IMG/VR virus record: IMGVR_UViG_3300047548_000491
Location: 1-64,000 of that record
Direction: 5' to 3' (one strand)
DNA: 64,000 nt
From: an uncultured virus (IMG/VR IMGVR_UViG_3300047548_000491)
Taxonomy: Duplodnaviria > Heunggongvirae > Uroviricota > Caudoviricetes
Shown here: positions 1 to 8,973 of the stretch, one piece after another
How positions within the stretch are numbered: position 1 is the stretch's first letter
How the letters are laid out: every line of letters starts with the position of its first letter
Made by a program: the position numbers and the translations under genes
The notes under the pieces: model-generated
Told to the model about the DNA's origin: nothing
The model's input: only the letters and a program-made list of their open reading frames with translations
The model's database searches: none

Positions 1-54
1 CAATACACTCAGCCACACATAAATATGAAGATGTTATATAAAGGAGAAATTAAC

Positions 55-636
55 ATGACACAATCGTAGATCAACGAATTTGCTTGTAAGGAAGTAGTTT
101 TTCACTTCAACAAAGCACACTTAACAGATCAGACCATCCCTATGTGGGTCTTAAAATTTCATGGGGAGACATATTATGTCAATCACGTTGACGCAAAGTT
201 ACCGTGGAGTACTAAGGAAACACCAGATAATCCTAGTACAAAAGGTTCGCTCAAGTTCAAGAATGCGTTAGTCACCATCAACGAACAAAACGAAGCGACA
301 TTAACTGAACTCACTATATTTGACAAAATTCGTTTGCGTAATCAAAAGTTAGGCATTACACGAATCATGTTCAGACTTAACACCGACATGCATAAAGCGT
401 TGTTAAAGAATGAGTTCAAGCATAGTCCTTTCAAAACAATCACAGCACCCTGTACTACACCCTACATCATTTGTGACTTATTAAAGAAAGAGGAAGTTAC
501 TTTCGCTAGCTTAAAGTATAGCGATTTTAGGATCGTTAAAGAGAACGAGCATTATTACAAACAATATGATGAAGTCAAGGGACAGAAAATATTAGCCGAC
601 TATTCACAAGAGGATACACCCTATGAGTACAGTTAA
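55..636 (+). CDS. hypothetical protein; RBS-supported ATG at 55 is followed by an in-frame TAG at 67-69 (ORF track start 142)
   Basis: TAAATA 20-25, AAGGAG 41-46, ATG 55 in frame with 142; reads MTQS*INEFACKEVVFHFNKAHL. Confidence 0.55.
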
Positions 637-802
637 ATTATTAGTTCCTCATACTGAAATCAATACTGTAATGAAAGATGTTAGGCAGAGTGGGGTAAAG
701 TATTATCCCATTCGCAGACTATTTGGAATGTACAGAATTGAGTTGGATGACCACCCTATTGCCTCTTTTTTGATTTTGAAATACGGACTTGATAGTACAT
801 AA
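623..802 (+). CDS. 59-aa protein missed by the ORF track; possible distant member of the LRW family
   Basis: Manual translation MSTVKLLVPH...IASFLILKYGLDST; GAGGA upstream; fills the gap between genes. Confidence 0.6.
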   Translation: MSTVKLLVPHTEINTVMKDVRQSGVKYYPIRRLFGMYRIELDDHPIASFLILKYGLDST

Positions 803-809
803 ATAATGC

Positions 810-1448
810 ATGAAATTTCCTATTATAATAGTAGCTAATTATAGATCAGGCTCTACTGCATTTGCTACGGGCCTAGCTAAAGAGTTAGGCCTTCCGTATC
901 ACCTAGAACCATACCAACCCCGTGCTAAACCAACTGGTTTTGGATTGACCCTTATGGGATTCAAAGCAGACTTTTTCCACCAGGTCAGGTCAGGCGATTC
1001 ACGATTTTTATTAAAGATAATGCCGGATCAAATCTATCCAGTAACTCCATATGATGCTATGCTTAGGTCGGAAACAACCTACAAGATTAAACTATATCGT
1101 GAAAATGTAATGGACAACATCGTGAGCCAGTATGTAGCGATGATGAGTGGAAAATGGTGGAACACTAAACAAGATACATCTGAACCGTACGTTCTTCCTA
1201 TTGATCCAATTAAGATCAAGGGTGCTATCCACACTATCACATATAACAATTATCTGATGAATACATTAAGTTACGAATATGATGAAATCAAAACTTACGA
1301 AAGTTTGAAGCTATCGGACGAGGATTTCATCAAAACAAAAATGCCGGAAAACATAAACGAAGTCCGCGAGGAAATATCCAAAGCGTTCTATAACTTTAAT
1401 AAGATCAATAGGGAGTTTGCTGAATCTCGAAACTTATATTCCCAATAA
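810..1448 (+). CDS. sulfotransferase-like P-loop protein
   Basis: N-terminal IIIVANYRSGST resembles the PAPS-binding loop. Confidence 0.55.
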   Translation: MKFPIIIVANYRSGSTAFATGLAKELGLPYHLEPYQPRAKPTGFGLTLMGFKADFFHQVRSGDSRFLLKIMPDQIYPVTPYDAMLRSETTYKIKLYRENVMDNIVSQYVAMMSGKWWNTKQDTSEPYVLPIDPIKIKGAIHTITYNNYLMNTLSYEYDEIKTYESLKLSDEDFIKTKMPENINEVREEISKAFYNFNKINREFAESRNLYSQ

Positions 1449-1557
1449 TCTTTATTTCAATATCATCTTATGATACACTAAATAATGTTGAAGCATGGGG
1501 CTTCACCTAACACTCTTTAAATTTTATGGTCTTAGAGTGTGACCAGAAAAGGAAAAT

Positions 1558-2394
1558 ATGATGTACAATCAAAAGCTGGTGGCCAGCCTAAAAGCCAATG
1601 GTAAAATCCTTCGTGAATTCAAGGATACTGTCTACTGCCCATTCGGAGCAGAATACTCAATCTTACTCAAGAACCTAAACACAGTCCGAGCACTAGTCCA
1701 TGTTTACATTGACGGTGAAGACATGGCACCTGGTGGTATCGTATTAAACGCACATCAAGAAATTGATCTTGAGCGTAGCATTAAGAACGGCAATCTTAAT
1801 GAGGGCAATCGCTTCAAGTTCATTGAGCGTACAGGAGCAGTTGAACAACATCGCGGTATCAAATTAGAAGATGGATTGATTCGCATTGAGTATCAGTTTG
1901 AAATGCCTCGTCCTATTATCAGTAATGCTTATGATAATTTTAGATACACTGGTATAAAAGACACTTATACTAATGCATCCTACAATGTTAACGGCATGTT
2001 GCGTAGTGTAGACTATAGTGCTGGTGAATCAATGAAAGCGGCAGCATCTAGTGCTATTCAAGATACATTGAACAGTATGAATATTAGTGCGACATCAGCA
2101 TCATTACATGACGGCATGGCTACAATGGATTCGTATGTACCAAAGAACGAAACGGGTATCACTGTGCCTGGCTCTAAGAGTGAACAGAAGTTTCAGACAA
2201 CTTATATCGGTGCGCTAGATCCAGTCAAGCATTCAATCGTATTGAAGATTCTAGGCGAGACTCCTGACAACGAACCTGTTCGTAAGCCTATCACAACAAA
2301 ACACAAACCCAAATGTGTTACATGCGGTAAACAGAACAAAGCAACAGCTAAGTTCTGTACCGAATGTGGAACTGCATTGGAAATCTTTGCTTGA
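1558..2394 (+). CDS. hypothetical protein with C-terminal zinc ribbon
   Basis: CVTCG...FCTECG; AAGGA RBS. Confidence 0.75.
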   Translation: MMYNQKLVASLKANGKILREFKDTVYCPFGAEYSILLKNLNTVRALVHVYIDGEDMAPGGIVLNAHQEIDLERSIKNGNLNEGNRFKFIERTGAVEQHRGIKLEDGLIRIEYQFEMPRPIISNAYDNFRYTGIKDTYTNASYNVNGMLRSVDYSAGESMKAAASSAIQDTLNSMNISATSASLHDGMATMDSYVPKNETGITVPGSKSEQKFQTTYIGALDPVKHSIVLKILGETPDNEPVRKPITTKHKPKCVTCGKQNKATAKFCTECGTALEIFA

Positions 2395-2419
2395 TATAAA
2401 TACTCGGATACGATATAAT
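2391..2419 (+). promoter_or_regulatory. sigma70-type promoter overlapping TATAAATA and a 9-bp hairpin
   Basis: TTGATA-N17-TATAAT; stem TACTCGGAT/ATCCGAGTA 2401-2426. Confidence 0.6.
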
Positions 2420-2425
2420 CCGAGT

Positions 2426-2680
2426 ATGGAAATCAAAACTTCATTAGATTGGATGCAAGTAAGCATTCCGCTATTAGAACAGCAGAATGCTTTGCCATAT
2501 AATCGTGACCTACACAAAATGTATAGAAATATCGGGAATATGGTCAAAGAATTATCTCAGTTAGAAGTCGAAGCACGTAGACTTAACGCACCCTATATGA
2601 CAGCCGAAAAAATAGCAGAGATAAACTCTGCTATTGATAGATTAGAAAAACTAATGTTAATGGCTAAGTTGATGAATTAA
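2426..2680 (+). CDS. hypothetical protein (84 aa)
   Basis: ATG 6 nt after the -10 box; this start avoids overlap with the upstream gene. Confidence 0.65.
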   Translation: MEIKTSLDWMQVSIPLLEQQNALPYNRDLHKMYRNIGNMVKELSQLEVEARRLNAPYMTAEKIAEINSAIDRLEKLMLMAKLMN

Positions 2681-2687
2681 GCGTATG

Positions 2688-3758
2688 TTAAAACAAAGGT
2701 ATTCCATTACTAGTGCCGCTAAGACCGCCCCTGGATAACGACAATGCACCCCTAGTTTGTATAGTTGAAGTATCAGATGCATATACTATTCGATTAACTA
2801 CAGAAGTAACAACAAACGAAGGACTTGGCCCTGTCACACCACCGCCGAACCATCCGTAATCATAACTTGTAGTAGCAGATAAACTATGCTTTGCTGCACT
2901 TAACGGCGCTCTGCCAGAAGCCACCTGAGAGTCGTTTGAATAATCTATTCGATCAACTGTAGACACGAATACATTCGTGAATCCACCACCGATCCATCCA
3001 TAATTATTGTTTCCAGTAGCACTACCTCCCCATCTAGCTAAACTCAATTGTCCTACTTGAACACCGCTAACATCATTACTTAAGTCTATTCGATCTACTC
3101 TATTCTGTGGGTTTGACGATCCGGTAGTAGTACCACCTTGAAAATAACCAAAAGTTGGACTTGCACTACCGGTTAAGTTCGCTCTAGCTATTGTCAGTGT
3201 AGCAGGTCGTGATGCCGCAGTGTCTGATGCATATGTATATCTATAAATAGTACTTGCATATGGTGGGCTAATACTACTACCACCGCCACCGTACCATCCG
3301 TACGTGCTGTTGCCGAAAGAACCAGCGTCCCCTCTCGATGCACTAGTCGAACGTGACGTTGCACTTGCGAGATCATTAGTGTAGGTAATGCGATATACAC
3401 GACTGGCATTTGAAGTTCCGCCTCCTATAAATCCTCCACCAGCCCACCCGTAATCATACGTTCCGAAACTAAACATACCATCTAACTCTAACGGCATAGG
3501 ACCTCGAACACTTGCTGTTACATCATCATTTGACTGATCTATTCTATCAATTGTGCTTGCATTAACTGTAGCAGTAGTACGGCCACCTATGTTCCACCCA
3601 TACGCAGGTAATCCTGCAGGCGGAACAACCCCTGTACCGGTAACCCAAAAAGAATTCGTTGACGCAGTGTAAATGTCACCCATAGACCATACGCCCGATG
3701 CACTTAACGTAGATATGGATGCTATTTGTCCTATTAACCCACCATTATTAGATTTCAT
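2688..3758 (-). CDS. beta-propeller (kelch-like) repeat protein, probably virion or fibre associated
   Basis: About 6 repeats of YGWxGGG...VDRIDYxND...RxxL; N-terminal NNGGLIG...SGVWS. Confidence 0.65.
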   Translation of the reverse strand: MKSNNGGLIGQIASISTLSASGVWSMGDIYTASTNSFWVTGTGVVPPAGLPAYGWNIGGRTTATVNASTIDRIDQSNDDVTASVRGPMPLELDGMFSFGTYDYGWAGGGFIGGGTSNASRVYRITYTNDLASATSRSTSASRGDAGSFGNSTYGWYGGGGSSISPPYASTIYRYTYASDTAASRPATLTIARANLTGSASPTFGYFQGGTTTGSSNPQNRVDRIDLSNDVSGVQVGQLSLARWGGSATGNNNYGWIGGGFTNVFVSTVDRIDYSNDSQVASGRAPLSAAKHSLSATTSYDYGWFGGGVTGPSPSFVVTSVVNRIVYASDTSTIQTRGALSLSRGGLSGTSNGIPLF

Positions 3759-3771
3759 GTTTATTGCCTTA

Positions 3772-4812
3772 TTACCCTGGTCTACCGCCCACACCTGGTT
3801 GTGAATCTATTAAAAATGGCATAGGTCCTCTAGTAGCCGCAGTATCTGTGTCATTTGAATAGTCTAGCCGATTTATTGAACACGTCCTACTAGTTATGCT
3901 TGGGGCAGTACCGTATCCTCCGGAACTATATCCATATTGATCACTTCCCATGCTAGCACCGTCATATCTAGTTGATGGATAACTACTGCGGTTTAATATA
4001 GTACTAGTGTCTGCTGAATATATAAGCCGAGATATTGTACTTGTTGCCTCGCCGAAATTAGCGCCTTGTCCACCTCCCCAGTAACCATTGATTTCTGTAC
4101 CATATGTAAATAAATTATATACCGAATTCGGTAACGGGCTACGAATTACAAGAGCTGAAGTATCCTGAGAATATTCCATCCTCTCAATGAACGAGATTGC
4201 TGTACTCAAAGGACGCAATCCTCCACCTATGTAGCCAAACGTAGCATTTCCTATGGCATTAGCGGACTCTCGTGGTAGTAATACACTATTTTGAACTGTT
4301 GCAGTTACTGTGTCATTATTGTAATCAACACGGCTAATTGATGAATTTATTAGTCCAGATGCAGCAAGACCGGAACCAAACCAACCGTATGCGTCAATAC
4401 CTATTCCGAATAAGGAACCTAGTCCCGCGGATAAGGGTCCTCTTACACTCGCAGAACCTAAATCATTGGCGTAGTCAATACGGTCTATTCTATTAATACC
4501 GCCAGCACCGCCAGCTACCCAACCGTAACTATTATTACCTGCAGCGGCGCTGGAATTCCTTGATTGCGATAAAGTCCCCCTGGATGAAGCAGTAGTAGAA
4601 TCATTAGTATAATCAATACGGTATAATCTTGATGTTGATCCAATATCAACGCCACCGCAATTCCATCCATATGTTTGTTGAATTCCAGAGTCTATCATCC
4701 ATTGATTGATAGATGCTGCCAGTGGAATGTATCCTAAGGACCAGACACCTGGTGACCAAGTTCTAGCTGATACTGCTAATTTACCTATTACGCCGGCATT
4801 GTTGTGCTTCAT
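3772..4812 (-). CDS. beta-propeller repeat protein, paralog of the neighbour
   Basis: Same YGW..GG / RIDY.ND repeats and N-terminal GVIG...GVWS motif. Confidence 0.65.
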   Translation of the reverse strand: MKHNNAGVIGKLAVSARTWSPGVWSLGYIPLAASINQWMIDSGIQQTYGWNCGGVDIGSTSRLYRIDYTNDSTTASSRGTLSQSRNSSAAAGNNSYGWVAGGAGGINRIDRIDYANDLGSASVRGPLSAGLGSLFGIGIDAYGWFGSGLAASGLINSSISRVDYNNDTVTATVQNSVLLPRESANAIGNATFGYIGGGLRPLSTAISFIERMEYSQDTSALVIRSPLPNSVYNLFTYGTEINGYWGGGQGANFGEATSTISRLIYSADTSTILNRSSYPSTRYDGASMGSDQYGYSSGGYGTAPSITSRTCSINRLDYSNDTDTAATRGPMPFLIDSQPGVGGRPG

Positions 4813-4822
4813 TAATAAGTCC

Positions 4823-5182
4823 TTAACTTATTATTTCATATGAACAAACACCTGTTAGGTATGAATTGTTGCCTGCAGTTAATCTTATAGAATCACCTTC
4901 TTCTAAATATACCATTGCGTCTTTGCTGATTAACACGATTGTTGCGTCATTGGGAACTACAATAGTGTAAGCTATGCGATATTCTACTGATCCTCTGTAG
5001 ATACTAGCAGTAATAGTAGATGTTGCGGTGCCGTTTATATTTGCAATTATTAATGAATTAACTTTATAAATTTTACCACTACCGCTTGAATTAGTTACGA
5101 TATCTGTCGGAGTTGTTGAAATATCTTGAACCGCAGTTTTTCCGTATATCTCTGTTACGTTAACAATATTAGGGTTTGCCAT
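4823..5182 (-). CDS. small beta-rich virion or fibre-associated protein
   Basis: MANPNIVNV...YLEEGDSI...SYEIIS; AAGGA RBS; lies in the fibre operon. Confidence 0.6.
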   Translation of the reverse strand: MANPNIVNVTEIYGKTAVQDISTTPTDIVTNSSGSGKIYKVNSLIIANINGTATSTITASIYRGSVEYRIAYTIVVPNDATIVLISKDAMVYLEEGDSIRLTAGNNSYLTGVCSYEIIS

Positions 5183-5192
5183 TTTTTTTTCC

Positions 5193-6305
5193 TTAACCAA
5201 AAATCAAAGCCATTGCAATGGCTTTACCTGTTGTTATTCCACCTGAACCTGAACTAGTGATCCAATTTAAATTACCTGAACCATCAGTTGATAATACTTG
5301 TCCATTAGCCCCACCTGTAATGCGAACATTAGCTACTGGTCCTAAACTTACATTGCTTGCACCTGTTAGATTTACTGTGCCAGTGCTTGTTAAACCAGTT
5401 AATGTACCAACACTTGTAATATTAGGTTGTGCTGCGGTCGTCACAGTGCCTGCAGTTGTTGCTGCACCACTTAACGTACCAACAAAAGTTGTAGCTGTAA
5501 TAGAAGCATTACCTAAATTAGCACTGATACTTGTATTAAACACCGCAGACGAATTACCATTTGCAGATGATGTAGTAAATGTTGGATAAACCGTAGTAGA
5601 AGTAGAAGTGTTTTGTAGTAATGCACTAGCATTTGTTGCGCTACCAACAGTACCTAAAACATTAGCACCTGTGATAGAAGTTAAAGAAGATCCGTTACCG
5701 CTAAAGAAATTAGCAATTGCTAAATTACCTAAATTGGCGTTCCCTGAAAGTAAGTTTCCTGTTCCTGTATTAAGAATCCCTGCGACATTGACACTAGTGC
5801 TGGAAATAGTAAGTACCCCGCTTGTACCACCTACACCCACAGTCACATTACCGTTTGTTGTAGCAATAGACACGTTGCTAGTACCATTGGATATAGAACT
5901 GGAACTGATTGTTGCCCATGACAATGTTCCGGAACCGTCAGTAGTTAGATATTGACCGGAAGAACCACCAGTGATACGAACATTTGATATTGCTCCTAAA
6001 GTTACGTTTGATGCAGAAGAAAAGTTTATAACCCCTGAGCTAGTGATGTTAGTAACTGAAAGTGTGTTTGTTGTCTTGTTGAATGTTAGATTTGCACTAC
6101 CTGCAAATGAGTTGCTATCGTTGAACTGGATTTGGGTATTAGAACCACCCGCATTTGAAGAAAATGAGTATGGTTGTCCGTTAGCATAATAAATGTTATT
6201 TGTTCTGATGTTTCCGGCTGTAATTGTATTGGAAACATAGGAATCAGCAAACGTAAAATTTGCGGATGTGTTTACTGCAATTGGCTCTACGAATGTTAGT
6301 GACAT
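5193..6305 (-). CDS. tail fibre-like protein (start revised to 6305)
   Basis: Gly/Ser/Thr/Asn-rich; duplicated SNVRITGG..GQ.L.TDGSG.L.W; late motif 6323-6328 and AAGGA RBS before ATG 6305. Confidence 0.65.
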   Translation of the reverse strand: MSLTFVEPIAVNTSANFTFADSYVSNTITAGNIRTNNIYYANGQPYSFSSNAGGSNTQIQFNDSNSFAGSANLTFNKTTNTLSVTNITSSGVINFSSASNVTLGAISNVRITGGSSGQYLTTDGSGTLSWATISSSSISNGTSNVSIATTNGNVTVGVGGTSGVLTISSTSVNVAGILNTGTGNLLSGNANLGNLAIANFFSGNGSSLTSITGANVLGTVGSATNASALLQNTSTSTTVYPTFTTSSANGNSSAVFNTSISANLGNASITATTFVGTLSGAATTAGTVTTAAQPNITSVGTLTGLTSTGTVNLTGASNVSLGPVANVRITGGANGQVLSTDGSGNLNWITSSGSGGITTGKAIAMALIFG

Positions 6306-6349
6306 AAATCTATCCTTATATGTATTTAGCTTTTTCATTCTATTTAAAG

Positions 6350-6378
6350 TTGACAAAAAAACCAAAACATCGTACAAT
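6350..6378 (+). promoter_or_regulatory. sigma70-type early promoter
   Basis: TTGACA-N17-TACAAT. Confidence 0.75.
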
Positions 6379-6384
6379 TCACGC

Positions 6385-6792
6385 ATGGAATACAAAATTG
6401 AAGCTAGCAAACGTAATACCAAATACATCGAAGCACTACTGCCGTCGATGTTGAAGCAACTGAACCTGGAAAGTAGCAAAAAAGTACTACTTATTAGGGT
6501 TGCTGATGAATGTGGGACGAACCAGGGTATTACTATGGATCTTGGTAAAAATATCGGGATTGTCGTTGTCATCAAGCCCCGCAGGAATCTCCATCAAATC
6601 GGGCTGACTTTGGCCCACGAAATGGTTCATGTAAAGCAACTGGCCAAGGGTACACTAAAAACCCGTAAAACTGGGTCATTTATTTGGTCTGGTAAACGCT
6701 ACGGTAAAAAAACTGAATACTTGAGTATGCCCTGGGAAATTGAAGCATTTAGTAAGCAAGAATTGATTCTCCGTCGTGCGTACCAGGCTTGA
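6385..6792 (+). CDS. putative zinc metallopeptidase (HExxH)
   Basis: TLAHEMVHVKQ and PWEIEA motifs. Confidence 0.7.
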   Translation: MEYKIEASKRNTKYIEALLPSMLKQLNLESSKKVLLIRVADECGTNQGITMDLGKNIGIVVVIKPRRNLHQIGLTLAHEMVHVKQLAKGTLKTRKTGSFIWSGKRYGKKTEYLSMPWEIEAFSKQELILRRAYQA

Positions 6793-6817
6793 CAATAAAT
6801 AGTTTTGGGCATACAAT
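6789..6817 (+). promoter_or_regulatory. sigma70-type early promoter
   Basis: TTGACAATAAAT...TACAAT, 17-nt spacer. Confidence 0.8.
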
Positions 6818-6847
6818 ACATATATTGATTCATTAAAGGAGCTTTGA

Positions 6848-7132
6848 ATGTCTGATGTTTCTTACACCGTGATTGTGTTCAAAACTGACAAGCGTACCAA
6901 GTCTGGCAAGCGTCAGGTTCGTGTGTTTGAACACAAAGCAGACCGCAAGGGCATGAAGGAAGAACTCAAGCACCTGTATGAAACTTCTTGGTTCGCCAAA
7001 GACGGTTACAGTTTTGAGATCCACGAAACCTTCGTGACCCGAAAGAACCTGATGACTGGTAAAGAGTACGAGGAACGCTATGACACCCCGTATTTCTGCT
7101 CTCCGTCTAGCGAATCTTTCTGGTCAAATTAA
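6848..7132 (+). CDS. early hypothetical protein
   Basis: AAGGAG RBS; own promoter; ends DTPYFCSPSSESFWS. Confidence 0.8.
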   Translation: MSDVSYTVIVFKTDKRTKSGKRQVRVFEHKADRKGMKEELKHLYETSWFAKDGYSFEIHETFVTRKNLMTGKEYEERYDTPYFCSPSSESFWSN

Positions 7133-7133
7133 T

Positions 7134-7162
7134 TTGACAATAATTCCCAAATCTGACACAAT
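7134..7162 (+). promoter_or_regulatory. sigma70-type early promoter
   Basis: TTGACA-N17-CACAAT with TG extension. Confidence 0.65.
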
Positions 7163-7195
7163 ACTTGTATTGACACTGAAATAGAGGACAACGAA

Positions 7196-7504
7196 ATGGC
7201 ACTGACTCCCCTGACCGAACGTCAAAAGGCTCTGATTGTTTCCAATGTTGTTAAGGCATGTAAGAATATTGACAGCCTTAATCGTACTGGTTACAAGTTT
7301 CTCTACCTGTGCAGTGGCTTTATTGCTCACTATGACCTGTATGGTTTCATTGCAACCTACAGCGAACCCGGTAGCCTCAAGCGTGATATTCTTTCCTATG
7401 CTGGTCAAAATCAGTGGAAGAATTTTCGCCCCGGTGAACGTGATTACGATTATTACATGAGCAAGGCTGATGTGTACAACCGCATTCTTGCCCAAATTAT
7501 CTAA
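7196..7504 (+). CDS. early hypothetical protein
   Basis: GAGGA RBS; own promoter. Confidence 0.8.
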   Translation: MALTPLTERQKALIVSNVVKACKNIDSLNRTGYKFLYLCSGFIAHYDLYGFIATYSEPGSLKRDILSYAGQNQWKNFRPGERDYDYYMSKADVYNRILAQII

Positions 7505-7510
7505 AATAGT

Positions 7511-7539
7511 TTGACAATAAATCCGTTATCACATACAAT
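7511..7539 (+). promoter_or_regulatory. sigma70-type early promoter
   Basis: TTGACAATAAAT...TACAAT, 17-nt spacer. Confidence 0.8.
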
Positions 7540-7579
7540 CAAGTTTCTTTCTTAACTAAGCCATAATCAATAGGAGAAA

Positions 7580-8686
7580 ATGATGGCATCACATGTTTCT
7601 GACAATCTGACTATTACTTCCGGTCAAGTACGCAAAGCCTTGCTGACTGCGTTTAAATCAAAACGTCCTGTATTTTTGTGGGGTCCTCCCGGTATCGGTA
7701 AGTCTGAGGTCGTTGCTGAAATCGCTGAGGAACTAGGCGGTATTGTATATGACTTGCGTATGGCGCAAATGGAACCTACTGATATTCGTGGTATTCCTTA
7801 CTTCAACAAAGATATCGGCAAAATGGATTGGGCTCCCCCAGTTGACCTGCCCGATGAAGAAACTGCAAGTCAGTATCCTGTGGTTGTATTGTTCCTTGAT
7901 GAAATGAACTCTGCTCCGCCCGCAGTGCAGGCTGCAGGTTATCAACTGATTCTGAACCGTCGTGTCGGTAAGTACAAACTGCCCGATAACGTTGTTATCG
8001 TTGCGGCAGGTAACCGTGACAGTGACAAGGGTGTGACTTATCGTATGCCGATGCCCCTCGCTAACCGATTCGTTCATATTGAAATGCGAGCCGACTTTGC
8101 TTCTTGGCAAAACTGGGCTGTGAACAAAGGCATTCACAAGGACGTTGTTGGTTACTTGTCTTTCGCTAAACAAGACCTGTACGACTTTGATTCTAAGTCT
8201 GCAAGCCGTGCGTTCGCTACTCCCCGTTCTTGGTGTTTCGTTAGCGACCTGCTGAATGACGAGGATAATGTTGATACTGATACCTTGTTCAACTTGGTTG
8301 CAGGTGCAGTTGGTGAAGGTCTTGCTGTTAAGTTTGCCGCTCACCGTAAGATTGCAGGTAAGATGCCAGAACCCACTGACATTCTGACTGGTAAGGTCAA
8401 GGATCTTTCTGTTAAAGAAATTTCAGCAATGTACTCCTTGACTATTGCAATGTGTTACGAACTCAAGGATGCTGTCACCAACAAGAAAGCGGATAACAAA
8501 AAGTTCCACGAAATGGCTGATTATTTCTTCAGCTACATGATGACTAACTTCGAGACTGAGTTGGTTGTTATGGGTGCTAAGATTGCACTGAAAACGTATC
8601 AACTTCCGATTGAACCTAGTCAACTTAAGAATTTTGACGAGTTCCATAAGAAGTATGGTAAGTACATCGTAGAAGCAGGCAATTGA
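7580..8686 (+). CDS. MoxR-like AAA+ ATPase
   Basis: Walker A GPPGIGKS, Walker B LFLDEMN, AAGN, LANRF. Confidence 0.9.
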   Translation: MMASHVSDNLTITSGQVRKALLTAFKSKRPVFLWGPPGIGKSEVVAEIAEELGGIVYDLRMAQMEPTDIRGIPYFNKDIGKMDWAPPVDLPDEETASQYPVVVLFLDEMNSAPPAVQAAGYQLILNRRVGKYKLPDNVVIVAAGNRDSDKGVTYRMPMPLANRFVHIEMRADFASWQNWAVNKGIHKDVVGYLSFAKQDLYDFDSKSASRAFATPRSWCFVSDLLNDEDNVDTDTLFNLVAGAVGEGLAVKFAAHRKIAGKMPEPTDILTGKVKDLSVKEISAMYSLTIAMCYELKDAVTNKKADNKKFHEMADYFFSYMMTNFETELVVMGAKIALKTYQLPIEPSQLKNFDEFHKKYGKYIVEAGN

Positions 8687-8723
8687 TTCTACGACTCCCG
8701 GGGGACTTATACTCCCCTTTTAC

Positions 8724-8759
8724 AGGGTGAGAGTATAAAAATATTCTCACCCTTTTTTT
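8724..8759 (+). terminator. intrinsic terminator, preceded by a second hairpin at 8701-8721
   Basis: AGGGTGAGAGTAT/ATATTCTCACCCT followed by a T tract. Confidence 0.7.
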
Positions 8760-8772
8760 CTAAGGAATAAAC

Positions 8773-8925
8773 ATGTCTGGTAAAAAGTATTTTTATGCTC
8801 TTGGTCAAAGTGTCCGAGCACGTGGTCTTACCAAATCACAAGGTGAGGAACGGTACTCATTAGATAGTGCATTGCCCTATGCAAGGATTGCGTTTGATGC
8901 GGGTTTTCGCGGGCTTAGTCTTTGA
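8773..8925 (+). CDS. 50-aa protein missed by the ORF track
   Basis: TAAGGA RBS; MSGKKYFYALGQ...AFDAGFRGLSL. Confidence 0.7.
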   Translation: MSGKKYFYALGQSVRARGLTKSQGEERYSLDSALPYARIAFDAGFRGLSL

Positions 8926-8950
8926 CAATAAATCGTTTTGCTGTTATAAT
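8922..8950 (+). promoter_or_regulatory. sigma70-type early promoter
   Basis: TTGACAATAAAT...TGTTATAAT, 17-nt spacer. Confidence 0.85.
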
Positions 8951-8973
8951 ATTCACATTGTTAAGGAGTAACC

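Noticed and set aside
5218..6189. Plus-strand Val/Leu/Pro-rich ORFs
   Set aside because: They are antisense translations of the Thr/Asn/Gly-rich fibre gene.
6306..6575. N-terminal extension of ORF 5193..6575, and of ORF 6268..6792 upstream of 6385
   Set aside because: The two extensions overlap each other and a divergent promoter region; promoter and RBS evidence supports starts at 6305 and 6385.
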